Sequence record: MN850601.1
Reading direction: 5' to 3' (one strand)
Length of the DNA stretch: 64,000 bases
DNA from: Escherichia phage inny
Shown here: piece after piece, positions 39,183 to 47,837 of the stretch
Numbering within the stretch: the first letter of the stretch is position 1
Layout: every line of letters starts with the position of its first letter
Position numbers and translations under genes: made by a program
The notes under the pieces: model-generated
Told to the model about the DNA's origin: nothing
Databases searched by the model: none
Seen by the model: only the letters and a program-made list of their open reading frames with translations

Positions 39183-39210
39183 ACTATAAACTGTTTTTAA
39201 AGAAAGTCAA
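39183..39210 (-). promoter_or_regulatory. candidate sigma70-like promoter for terC
   Basis: Minus-strand TTGACT, 16-nt spacer, TATAGT directly after upstream stop codon. Confidence 0.35.
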
Positions 39211-39459
39211 CTAGTTCAGTTCTGTAATTTTAAGTTTATCTTCTTTGTTAATGATAGGGAAAGCTACAGCATCACCTACGTCATCAATAAAGCAAATAGC
39301 AATACCACCTTCCACTTTGCTAATCTGACCATTAAAGGCATGATACGGGGCAGGAACTTGATCTCCATCTTCAAGGAGAATAGCCTCGTAAACCTTGCCG
39401 ATAGTACAATCACGAGTGTTTCTAAATTTTTCAAGCACTTCAACATTTACTTTACGCAT
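39211..39459 (-). CDS. hypothetical protein
   Basis: 82 aa; GAGAGGA RBS. Confidence 0.4.
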   Translation of the reverse strand: MRKVNVEVLEKFRNTRDCTIGKVYEAILLEDGDQVPAPYHAFNGQISKVEGGIAICFIDDVGDAVAFPIINKEDKLKITELN

Positions 39460-39473
39460 ATAAAAATCCTCTC

Positions 39474-39680
39474 TTATTTGTTAGATTGAAAGATACCACG
39501 AAGTACCGCAAGAATGAACGTCACACAGACTACACTCCAAAACGTTACAGGAACATGATGCCAGTCTAAACCGATAATGTCAATCATATAGTTGTATGCT
39601 AAAAGCAGTAGCCAACTAGGGATTAACACAATCAAGAACACAACAATAAAACAACCTAATACTGCTAAAACACCTGCCAT
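39474..39680 (-). CDS. small membrane protein
   Basis: 68 aa, two hydrophobic helices; AAGGAG RBS. Confidence 0.4.
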   Translation of the reverse strand: MAGVLAVLGCFIVVFLIVLIPSWLLLLAYNYMIDIIGLDWHHVPVTFWSVVCVTFILAVLRGIFQSNK

Positions 39681-39689
39681 ACTTTCTCC

Positions 39690-40406
39690 TTATTTCAGTT
39701 TGTAAACAATTACATTTAAACCTTTGTTCACTAGAGTTTCTTCGATCATAAGTTTTACAATATTCCAAGAACCTCCAGCCAAACCACAACCAAGCATTGG
39801 TAAACCTACAATTTTACCGCCTGAAGATACAACATCGTCTCCCATACTATCTAACGCATTGTAGATAGCTTCATAATTCAGGTCACGCTTACCTTCCTCA
39901 CGACGACTATAACCATATTGTCCATATAAATTATAAATTGTCAAATTGTTTTCTGTATATTTGGTAAACGTACCTAATTTTTTATAATCACCACGTTTAG
40001 TGGCACAATCTGCTTTAAACGCACCAGGCCACTTGCTTTTAATTTTTGGTGCAATACCACTACCCATAGTGCAAAAACAGTTACAGCAGTGTGCTATAGC
40101 GTCTATATCGCCTCTCTCGGCTGCTGCTAAAAGATCACCGTATACCTCAATGATACCTGCCGGATAACTTGTTACAATTTCATCTTCCCAATACATTTTC
40201 TCTACACCACCGATCAGTGCAAAGTTTTGTGTAATGCGATCATCAATATAGTTAAGACCTGAAACATACACAGCGTATTCATCCTGTGCTGTAATACCTT
40301 GCACACGAATTCTTAAGACACCATCTTTATCTGTTGCTACACGCCCAAAATCTTTTTCTGTAATATTGGTGATAGGATCTCCGAAAGTCATTACTTTATT
40401 AGACAT
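39690..40406 (-). CDS. macro-domain protein (ADP-ribose binding/processing), start at internal ATG overlapping upstream stop
   Basis: GDLLAAAERGDIDAIAHCCNCFCTMGSGIA parallels GDIT..DAIVNAAN..GGGV; later GLPMLGCGLAGGSW; ATGTCTAA start/stop overlap with PRTase gene. Confidence 0.6.
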   Translation of the reverse strand: MSNKVMTFGDPITNITEKDFGRVATDKDGVLRIRVQGITAQDEYAVYVSGLNYIDDRITQNFALIGGVEKMYWEDEIVTSYPAGIIEVYGDLLAAAERGDIDAIAHCCNCFCTMGSGIAPKIKSKWPGAFKADCATKRGDYKKLGTFTKYTENNLTIYNLYGQYGYSRREEGKRDLNYEAIYNALDSMGDDVVSSGGKIVGLPMLGCGLAGGSWNIVKLMIEETLVNKGLNVIVYKLK

Positions 40407-41256
40407 AATAATCCCCTTTAACATTAGGTTTGTTGATAATGTTGCTTTCAAAAAATTGACGTAGGAAATCAAAGTTCTCTTTGTATTTTTCAATGTTATT
40501 GTAACCTTCTGCAAGGCAACCAAAGAACAGTTGTTCTACATAATACAAAGGAAGTTGTGAAAGTGCAATTTTAAAATCAACTTCGCTTTGACTCATTAGA
40601 TACTTAATAGGACGAACCAAACATTTAGCATCAGCTTCTTGCTTAATCATTTTAATAAAAGCTGCCAGATTATTGATATAGTTGAAGTTAAGTGCAGCTT
40701 CGGTGTTGGCTTCTGTACCTTCATACTTTGCAAAGTACAGGAAAAACGTATCGTTTTCAACACCTTCTTTGTCTAAAATTTCAATAAGTTTTTCTTCGTG
40801 TGTTCCTGTAATATTAACATCATCAATGAAAATCAGAGTTTTATTACCCCAGAAATCACGATTGATAGAGAAAGTGTCACCATCGATCAAAGCCTTACGA
40901 TCTTCTTTGCTAAGAAATCCATAATCATTGATATAGCTCACTTTACGATGAACGATATCCCACTCCACTGGTTTACCACCTTTGATAGAGATTAGGTAGT
41001 TGAGGTGATCTACAAAATGTTCAGATAACACTGTAGCTGCATTTTTCACATAGTTATATGGAGATGGAATAACAACAAAACTTTCATTTACCAGTCGTTC
41101 TTCATACTTAGAAAAGAAACTTTCAGCCAGAATGCGCCCCATTCTTTTTGCTGCCTGGTTACTACCAAACTTTAGTTTGGAATAATCTGCAATGTTAAAT
41201 TTTGCTTCCTTCAGGTTAGTAAAAGTATTAGCAAAATGTTGAATTTGATTACGCAT
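40399..41256 (-). CDS. type I phosphoribosyltransferase-fold protein
   Basis: 285 aa; KTLIFIDDVNITGTHEE matches the PRPP-binding motif hhhhDDhhTTGxT; 8-nt overlaps with both neighbours. Confidence 0.65.
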   Translation of the reverse strand: MRNQIQHFANTFTNLKEAKFNIADYSKLKFGSNQAAKRMGRILAESFFSKYEERLVNESFVVIPSPYNYVKNAATVLSEHFVDHLNYLISIKGGKPVEWDIVHRKVSYINDYGFLSKEDRKALIDGDTFSINRDFWGNKTLIFIDDVNITGTHEEKLIEILDKEGVENDTFFLYFAKYEGTEANTEAALNFNYINNLAAFIKMIKQEADAKCLVRPIKYLMSQSEVDFKIALSQLPLYYVEQLFFGCLAEGYNNIEKYKENFDFLRQFFESNIINKPNVKGDYYV

Positions 41257-41905
41257 TAATAAGTTCCTCTTTTTTAAGTTTAGCCAACAAGTCTTCTGGA
41301 TTAATAATATGACAGAACTTCATCCCTATGTCAACAGCTTTTCCATCATAAATCAAACTATCTCCAACGTGTAAAATCTCTTCTGGTGCGAGATCAAACG
41401 TCACCATTTCATCAAAAGAGAGTTTAAAAAACCTAGGATCTGGTTTACACAAGCAAAACTCGTCAGAAAAATGCATAAAGTCAAATGGTAATTTTGTTAA
41501 GCCAGAATATACAGCTAAGAAACTACCTGGTACAAAATTAGTATTGCTCTTAATACTCAAAGAGTAGGTTGAACTTAGCTCTTCCAACTTCTTGCAAAGT
41601 TCAGGATTCAATGTTGGAGGATGTTTTATAAACATTGCCAAACAATCTCTTTTTAACCCATCCACTTTATCAAGATCAATGTTCAAACGAGTAGAAAGTG
41701 TTACCCAAGCATCCTTAGACGTTCCACAAATGCCTTTTTCTGCTTTTAAATCCAAGAAAGTTTTTACCTCTTTGTATACGGTAGCTGCTTCTGCCTCAGA
41801 GCAAGAGGCATACTCGGCAATAACCTTGTTGCGCTCTTCTGCATACAAAGGGTTAGCAGTAATAAGAGTATTCCATACATCAAAAGAAATATGCTTAACA
41901 GTCAT
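41249..41905 (-). CDS. HAD-superfamily hydrolase-like protein (non-canonical motif I), start at ATG with GGAGG RBS
   Basis: N-terminal KHISFDVWNTLI in motif I position (second Asp replaced); C-terminal HVGDSLIYDGKA fits GDxxxD motif IV. Confidence 0.5.
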   Translation of the reverse strand: MTVKHISFDVWNTLITANPLYAEERNKVIAEYASCSEAEAATVYKEVKTFLDLKAEKGICGTSKDAWVTLSTRLNIDLDKVDGLKRDCLAMFIKHPPTLNPELCKKLEELSSTYSLSIKSNTNFVPGSFLAVYSGLTKLPFDFMHFSDEFCLCKPDPRFFKLSFDEMVTFDLAPEEILHVGDSLIYDGKAVDIGMKFCHIINPEDLLAKLKKEELINA

Positions 41906-41907
41906 TT

Positions 41908-42063
41908 TTAATCCTCCGTCCAAAAGAATATCATCTGCTTAATTTTATTGATTTCTTGATGTAGTAACTTTCCAGCATGTGATTGATCTTTAATATTGAC
42001 AGCAAGAATTTCAAGTTCCGTTAGTTTTTCTTGGATAGCTTTATATTCATCATCTGTAAGCAT
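41908..42063 (-). CDS. small hypothetical protein (not in ORF track, below 60 aa)
   Basis: 51-codon ORF with AAAGGGGAAG RBS ending 2 nt before HAD start. Confidence 0.25.
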   Translation of the reverse strand: MLTDDEYKAIQEKLTELEILAVNIKDQSHAGKLLHQEINKIKQMIFFWTED

Positions 42064-42074
42064 TTTCTTCCCCT

Positions 42075-42266
42075 TTAGAATGGTAATCTTTGTATGTCAC
42101 TTATCCCCACACCAAGAAGTCTAGCAATATCCTTATCTAAAAGCAACTCTTTTTGTTCTAAAATGTTAATCAGATCTCCTAATACTTCTTTAATGTCACG
42201 ATCATTTTTAGCAACGTGACCACCTGCTGTATCAACTTTATCTTTAAAAACAAAGTAATGATCCAT
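42075..42266 (-). CDS. hypothetical protein (start at ATG after GGAGGG)
   Basis: 63 aa; first gene after terminator 42286..42309. Confidence 0.35.
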   Translation of the reverse strand: MDHYFVFKDKVDTAGGHVAKNDRDIKEVLGDLINILEQKELLLDKDIARLLGVGISDIQRLPF

Positions 42267-42285
42267 AATACCCTCCATATAAATA

Positions 42286-42309
42286 AAGGAGGCTTTCGCC
42301 TCCTTTTAT
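42286..42309 (-). terminator. rho-independent terminator after AAA+ ATPase gene
   Basis: GGAGGC-(TTTC)-GCCTCC hairpin; minus strand followed by TTTATTTAT. Confidence 0.55.
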
Positions 42310-42312
42310 CAC

Positions 42313-43473
42313 TTAGTAAGAACGACCACCAAACACATACTCTGTGTAGTTTTTACGTTCTTTGTTTTTAATAACAACTTCAATGTTGTTGCCTTTATCA
42401 TCGGTGAACACAAAGTGATAACCGTCACCACCCATTGTACGGATGTGTTTTTCATCATACGTCAGCAAGATACGGTCTACACCCCAGTAGTAGTCACCTT
42501 CTTCATCTTTGTCTTCTACTGTAACGACCCCTTCCATTTCAGGAAGATGCTCCTCTCCTAGCTTATGGTCTACAGCTACAACATAACGATTACCGCTAAA
42601 CAAACCCTGTGCTGTCATACCGTCAATATCGGTATCTGCCGAAACATCTCCTGTACGATCTACACCGTTAACTTTCAGGAGTTTAACTTCTTTTGCAGCA
42701 TAGCGGTGTTCAGTAATACTGATACCCATTAATGCAAGTGCATCAGAGAATTTGTCATTAGGGTAACGGTTAAGTTCTTCTACTAGTGACTGAACAATAT
42801 CAAAGTTCAAGTCCACGGAAAGATTATAAAGCGTTTCAAAATCTGGTAAAAAGGCTTTGTTCTCCAGATTTTTAGCCAGATAGTCATCCATAGTAGCTTT
42901 AGGTAGTTTCTTATAGCTAAAACTGTAGAAAATACGGCTAGGACGATTACGCAAAAATTCTGATACATAACCATCATTTTTAGTCAATACAAACAGCTTG
43001 TCATAGCCACCTACACCATCCAGCAGAGTAAGCAAACCATCCTGTGCATCTTTTTCAGCATACAGTTTATCAAATTCATCGATCATAATCATCACAGGTT
43101 GTGTGATTTTAGACATAAAATTGATAAAGCCTTCGCCATTAAAAGCACTACCGATAGAAATAGTAGGAATACCCATTTCACGAAGAGCAGAAGACAGCAT
43201 TTTAGCTTGCAAAGTTTTACCACTACCCTTCGTACCCTCAAGGAGAACACCTGTGTTTTTACCTTTGCGGCTAAGGAACGTCTTGATAATACGTTCTGAT
43301 TTATCATCAGTATCACCGTATGTTACTGAAGGGACTTCCATATCGTTTTTAGGATACAGGAAGAACTCACCACTTTGAGTAACACCTACACCAAAAGTTC
43401 CTGCTGGAATTTCTTCAATATCTGTACCAGATTTCTGACGCAGGAAGATTTGATTGCCGAATACTGTAAACAT
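42313..43473 (-). CDS. AAA+-type ATPase, paralog A
   Basis: 386 aa; Walker A GTKGSGKT, Walker B VMIMIDEFDK, sensor-like LFVLTKND; colinear with 59019..60146. Confidence 0.6.
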   Translation of the reverse strand: MFTVFGNQIFLRQKSGTDIEEIPAGTFGVGVTQSGEFFLYPKNDMEVPSVTYGDTDDKSERIIKTFLSRKGKNTGVLLEGTKGSGKTLQAKMLSSALREMGIPTISIGSAFNGEGFINFMSKITQPVMIMIDEFDKLYAEKDAQDGLLTLLDGVGGYDKLFVLTKNDGYVSEFLRNRPSRIFYSFSYKKLPKATMDDYLAKNLENKAFLPDFETLYNLSVDLNFDIVQSLVEELNRYPNDKFSDALALMGISITEHRYAAKEVKLLKVNGVDRTGDVSADTDIDGMTAQGLFSGNRYVVAVDHKLGEEHLPEMEGVVTVEDKDEEGDYYWGVDRILLTYDEKHIRTMGGDGYHFVFTDDKGNNIEVVIKNKERKNYTEYVFGGRSY

Positions 43474-43493
43474 AGTTTTCTCCTCTATTTAAT

Positions 43494-43964
43494 TTAGTCA
43501 GATTCCCAAATGTTGTCTTTCTTAACCCACATTCGTTGATTATCTGAACCTCTATAACGTTTCGTTGTTGGTTGATTCATATCATACTTACCATCTATCA
43601 CTATGTCAACCAGTTTTTTAATTTTCTCTGGAATTTCTTCAAAAAGATATCCTGTATATAAGACAATATCTTTTTTGTTTCCAAAACAATCTCTTACCTT
43701 CTCAAGAACATACTCTACAGTGTCAATGTTCTCTTTGTCAAGAGGTTCACCACCTAAAACTGTTAATCCTTTAATGAAAGGTCGAGATAAATCTTCCAAG
43801 ATAAGATCTAATGTTTCAGTAGTGAACTCTTGTCCGTAGTTATACGACCAGGCTTTCTGGTTAAAGCAGCCACGGCAACCGTGGCTACAACCGCTCACCC
43901 ACAAAGAGCATCTTACACCATCACCGTTGAGCATGTCAACAGGTTCATATCCGGCGTAATTCAA
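43494..43964 (-). CDS. nrdG: anaerobic ribonucleotide reductase activating protein
   Basis: 156 aa; radical-SAM cluster motif CSHGCRGC near N-terminus; immediately downstream of nrdD with overlapping stop/start. Confidence 0.85.
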   Translation of the reverse strand: MNYAGYEPVDMLNGDGVRCSLWVSGCSHGCRGCFNQKAWSYNYGQEFTTETLDLILEDLSRPFIKGLTVLGGEPLDKENIDTVEYVLEKVRDCFGNKKDIVLYTGYLFEEIPEKIKKLVDIVIDGKYDMNQPTTKRYRGSDNQRMWVKKDNIWESD

Positions 43965-45760
43965 AAATGTTTCTCCCTTTCTAGTACCTCTTGCATTTTA
44001 CCTTTATTATAAGGGCGAGAGTTAGGGGCAGAAAGGTATCCTGACACTCTTCTGATTACAGATATAGATTCTTCCTCATGATTGCCACAACTTGGACACT
44101 CGAAGCCTTTAGCTGTTGCCTTAAATTCACCATGAAAACCACATTTGAAACACTGATCTACAGGTTGGTTCACGCCAAAATAAGGAATTTTGTTGTAGGC
44201 ATAATCTACAAGAGTTTCCAGTGCTTGCAAGTTATTTTTAAGGTTTGGTGTTTCTACATAACCTATGTTCCCACCGTTACTGATTTGTGCAAAACCTTCC
44301 TCATAATCCCACTTTTGGAACGGGGTAGTGTGCATCCACACAGGTTGATGGAAAGAGTTTGTCAAGTAGTCACGATCAATAGAACCAGGATAGCGATCAT
44401 TTAATGCTTTGGCAAATTTATAGCACAAGGATTCTGCTGGTGTTCCATACAAACTAAAAGCTAAACCAGAACGTTCTTTAAATGTGCCACAGATATCCTT
44501 CATATATTGAAGGATGTTTTTACCCATTGCTTTTGGATTGGTGTTACCTGGGTATAAAATCTCCATAGCTTCTGCTAAACCTACATAACCGATACTAATA
44601 GAGGCATAACCACCTTCAAATAGTTTACCAATCTCTTCATTAGCTTCTAGTCGAGCTAAAGCCCCTTCCATAAACAATGTAGGGTTTTGAGATGCTTTGG
44701 TATGTCTAATACGGTTAACACGTAGCATATGTGCCTTATACGCCATCTCCATATGTTGTTCCAACAGTTCAGTAAATAAGATGCCCTTTTCACGGGACTC
44801 TGCTGCAATGATAGGTAAGTTTAAAGAAACTACGCCTAAGTTGAAACGACCATCATATTTTTCACCTTGCTCTGTTGCATAGTATGACAAGAAGCTACGG
44901 CAACCCATGCTTGTGACGCGACCATCTGAAGATCCTGTAACTTCTTTATTTAAAGGTACAGAGATAAAATCAGGATAAATGCGTTCAGCACAACACTCCA
45001 TTGCCAGTTGCTTCAAATCATAGTTTGGATCGCCAGCTTTCATGTTAACACCATCTTCCAAGAAGAAGATAACTTTAGGAAACACAGGAGTTACCCTATC
45101 TTTTCCCAATCCTTGTTTGTGCACCATTAGGTAGTTTTTAGTGATCATTCTACCAAAAGCAGAGGTATCCAAACCTAAACTAATTGTTATAAAAGGTGAC
45201 TGACCATTTACACTCATTAGAGTGTTCACCTGGTAGATTAAAGTTTGCATTGCATCATAGACCTGTTTATCTACCATACGCATAGCAATATCATAATCGC
45301 CAACATCGGCATATATTTTATTAAAACTTGCTTTAACGTATTGACTAAGCCCAGTATCAACATGTGCACAAGTTTGTCCACCATATTGGCTAGAAGCTAC
45401 TGCTTGAATAATTTGAGTTAGGACAGTAGTCGCTACACCGATAGATTTTGGTTTTTCAATATGTGCATTACCAATACGGAAACCGTTCTCAAGCATATCT
45501 TGGTAATTTACCAGGCAACAATTAGTTAAAGGTGAGAGTAAATAATCTAAATCGTGAATGTGACCATACCCACTTTTATGCCATTCTGCCAGATCTTCCG
45601 GTAAAATATGGGTCATTGCCATGTGCTTGCTTAGGATACCTGCTAGTAAGTCTCGGTGAGTATTAACAATCATTGCAGGTTTGTTTGCATTTTCACGAGT
45701 AAATTCTTCGGATGTTTGTTCGAGGAATCCGATTACATCCTCATATAGTTTTTGGGTCAT
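43961..45760 (-). CDS. nrdD: anaerobic ribonucleoside-triphosphate reductase (start set at ATG with GGAGG RBS)
   Basis: About 600 aa; C-terminal Cys4 ribbon CFKCGFHGEF...CPSCGN and glycyl-radical site RRVSGYL. Confidence 0.9.
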   Translation of the reverse strand: MTQKLYEDVIGFLEQTSEEFTRENANKPAMIVNTHRDLLAGILSKHMAMTHILPEDLAEWHKSGYGHIHDLDYLLSPLTNCCLVNYQDMLENGFRIGNAHIEKPKSIGVATTVLTQIIQAVASSQYGGQTCAHVDTGLSQYVKASFNKIYADVGDYDIAMRMVDKQVYDAMQTLIYQVNTLMSVNGQSPFITISLGLDTSAFGRMITKNYLMVHKQGLGKDRVTPVFPKVIFFLEDGVNMKAGDPNYDLKQLAMECCAERIYPDFISVPLNKEVTGSSDGRVTSMGCRSFLSYYATEQGEKYDGRFNLGVVSLNLPIIAAESREKGILFTELLEQHMEMAYKAHMLRVNRIRHTKASQNPTLFMEGALARLEANEEIGKLFEGGYASISIGYVGLAEAMEILYPGNTNPKAMGKNILQYMKDICGTFKERSGLAFSLYGTPAESLCYKFAKALNDRYPGSIDRDYLTNSFHQPVWMHTTPFQKWDYEEGFAQISNGGNIGYVETPNLKNNLQALETLVDYAYNKIPYFGVNQPVDQCFKCGFHGEFKATAKGFECPSCGNHEEESISVIRRVSGYLSAPNSRPYNKGKMQEVLEREKHF

Positions 45761-45778
45761 TAATCCTCCGTGGAAAAT

Positions 45779-45801
45779 AAAAGCCAGCATTAAGCTGGCT
45801 T
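45779..45801 (-). terminator. rho-independent terminator upstream of nrdD RBS
   Basis: AAAGCCAGC-(4 nt)-GCTGGCTTT hairpin, minus strand followed by TATTTT then GGAGG. Confidence 0.5.
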
Positions 45802-45849
45802 TAGGGTGGATCTTTATTTTAAATCTTTTTCGTAAGATTGTCCTTGATC

Positions 45850-46800
45850 TTAGTCAAGGTTTTTGGTAATACGTGTACAACCATCAGAAGTCAAACCGTC
45901 AACTTGAGTTTCCCAAGTGCCATGAATATTTCGGAACAATGTTGTTACACCTTTTGGTTCATTAATAATGATTGCCATAACAAGTTTAGGATCGATAACA
46001 GACATAATCTTTTCCTCAATACCCTCTGTAATAACATTATTACGCACAATATTAATTACATCTTCTTGTACAGAAAGGGTACTTACGTTCTTAAGAGTAT
46101 ATACCTGCTGCGTAGTGTAAATGATACGAACATAACTTACAGAACGAGTAGGCACAGGTTTACGCGGTCGGCGAAAACGTGGTTTTGGTGAAGATTCAGT
46201 CTTACTTTCATTTTTTGAATAATACTCCTCAAACAGTTTAGTAAATGTTTTTACATCAACTACAAACCGATCTTTCCTATATGGAGAATTCTTATGTGCA
46301 CCATTAATACCACTGTTTTCATCGAAGAAAGTAATGTTTTCTTCAGTTGAATATGTTAGATAATGGTTTGCATCTTTCCAATGTGGTTGTGGACAATGCG
46401 GATTACAAACGGAAAGCAGATAACTAATATCTTCTTCCGTTGCACTAGTATCCAAGAAACACGTATTATGCACAGTCAGTTCTACTTTTGCAACCATATC
46501 CATTTCTTTATCCTCATTGGCAAGATATTCAGTACGAATAATCTCCAGAAAACCTTCAGGTGTTACTTCCATAAATGTGTATTCAGGGTGAAGTTCCATA
46601 TATTCAAATCCACAACCATCTAATTGCTGTAGGAAGTTAGGATAGAAGAACAAGTCATTAACACTATGAATCAGATCATTGATTTCTGCTTCAGATGTGT
46701 AACCAAAACTTTTGTGAATTGCTTCATTAAGAATATGCAGGATACCCATCTCTTCTGCTGCTTTTTTAACTTCCAGTTTATTAGCGTAAAATGCAATCAT
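45850..46800 (-). CDS. hypothetical protein
   Basis: 316 aa; AAGGAG RBS. Confidence 0.45.
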   Translation of the reverse strand: MIAFYANKLEVKKAAEEMGILHILNEAIHKSFGYTSEAEINDLIHSVNDLFFYPNFLQQLDGCGFEYMELHPEYTFMEVTPEGFLEIIRTEYLANEDKEMDMVAKVELTVHNTCFLDTSATEEDISYLLSVCNPHCPQPHWKDANHYLTYSTEENITFFDENSGINGAHKNSPYRKDRFVVDVKTFTKLFEEYYSKNESKTESSPKPRFRRPRKPVPTRSVSYVRIIYTTQQVYTLKNVSTLSVQEDVINIVRNNVITEGIEEKIMSVIDPKLVMAIIINEPKGVTTLFRNIHGTWETQVDGLTSDGCTRITKNLD

Positions 46801-46817
46801 TATGTTCTCCTTCTAAA

Positions 46818-47252
46818 TTAGTTTAAAATTTCTTTGGCAATGGTAGAAGCAAGTTTTCCATCATATTGATTAGGATACTCTGCTTTAAGGTGTTTCATCA
46901 TATCTGGCATTTTCTTGCCTGTCAAGGCAAATTCTTCAGCAATCGCTCGAAGGTCATCTTCAGATAGCATTTCTGGTAAATATTTTTCCAGAGTGGTGAT
47001 ATCACGCATAGCTCGCTCACATTTGCTAATGGAAGCATTAACTTTCTTAAGTGAGTCTAGCTCCTCTTTAGCGTGTGCAATACCAATCTTAACAATGTTA
47101 ATCATAATATCATCTTCTGATTTATTTAGATTTGCCTTTTGAGTACGAGCAAGGTCAAACTCACCAATAATATTAGTTAACAAAGCAAAAGCACCCTTAT
47201 CGGTTGTACGTGCTAAGATACGATCTGCTTTCATTTGTGTCACAATAGACAT
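46818..47252 (-). CDS. GatB/YqeY-domain protein
   Basis: 144 aa; LPEMLSEDDLRAIAEEFALTGKKMPDMMKHLKAEYPNQYDGKLASTIAKEIL follows YqeY pattern. Confidence 0.7.
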   Translation of the reverse strand: MSIVTQMKADRILARTTDKGAFALLTNIIGEFDLARTQKANLNKSEDDIMINIVKIGIAHAKEELDSLKKVNASISKCERAMRDITTLEKYLPEMLSEDDLRAIAEEFALTGKKMPDMMKHLKAEYPNQYDGKLASTIAKEILN

Positions 47253-47264
47253 TCTATTCTCCTC

Positions 47265-47837
47265 TTATTTGCTAATGCTTTGAATCTTATTTACAACACG
47301 GTTTATTGCCAGTGAAGCCCTAGGCTCCGCAATACCTGTTGCATAGATATAAGGATGACCTTTTGGAGACTCCCTTATACCGAATGAACCTAATTCTAAA
47401 CCATATTCATCTTCTACGTCAACCCCAATATTAGTGGGTACTAAATATGTTTTAACTCCATAATAAGTAGAGAAGAAACAGCGCATAGAGTTAGCATACT
47501 CTTCAATTGTAGCATCAGGGTAGAACTCAATCAACTCCAATTTCAAGAAAATATTAAAATGAGTATCATCTAAATTTTCTTCTGTACGGTAACATGGTGT
47601 TAGTGCCATATAAGGATTACCTGCTGCAAATTCAAAACCATCCTTCTCCATTTGCAGGAAAGATTGTTCTGCACTGGCTACATAGTATTTACCGTTAGGA
47701 TGCCCTAATGGGCGATCCTCTTTATTTTCTGGTAGTGTGTACGCCAGTATATCAGCATCCACGAGATATGGAACTTCCAACATCTGTGCAAACCGACCAT
47801 AGTAATCAATAGCTTGAGCTATTACTTCAACATTCAT
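47265..47837 (-). CDS. hypothetical protein with possible class II aminoacyl-tRNA-synthetase-like motif 2
   Basis: 190 aa; TPCYRTEENLDDTHFNIFLKLELIEFY resembles class II motif 2 (FRNE...H..EF..lE.y); weak single-motif evidence. Confidence 0.3.
   Translation of the reverse strand: MNVEVIAQAIDYYGRFAQMLEVPYLVDADILAYTLPENKEDRPLGHPNGKYYVASAEQSFLQMEKDGFEFAAGNPYMALTPCYRTEENLDDTHFNIFLKLELIEFYPDATIEEYANSMRCFFSTYYGVKTYLVPTNIGVDVEDEYGLELGSFGIRESPKGHPYIYATGIAEPRASLAINRVVNKIQSISK

Noticed and set aside
39134-39210. yybP-ykoY (Mn) riboswitch upstream of terC
   Set aside because: The leader between the candidate promoter and the start codon is only about 50 nt with a single hairpin, too short for the known riboswitch architecture.
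42313-43473. AAA+ paralogs as a clamp loader (gp44-like)
   Set aside because: No sliding-clamp gene is visible and the replisome appears T7-like (family A polymerase plus gp4-like primase-helicase plus SSB); similarity is limited to generic Walker motifs.
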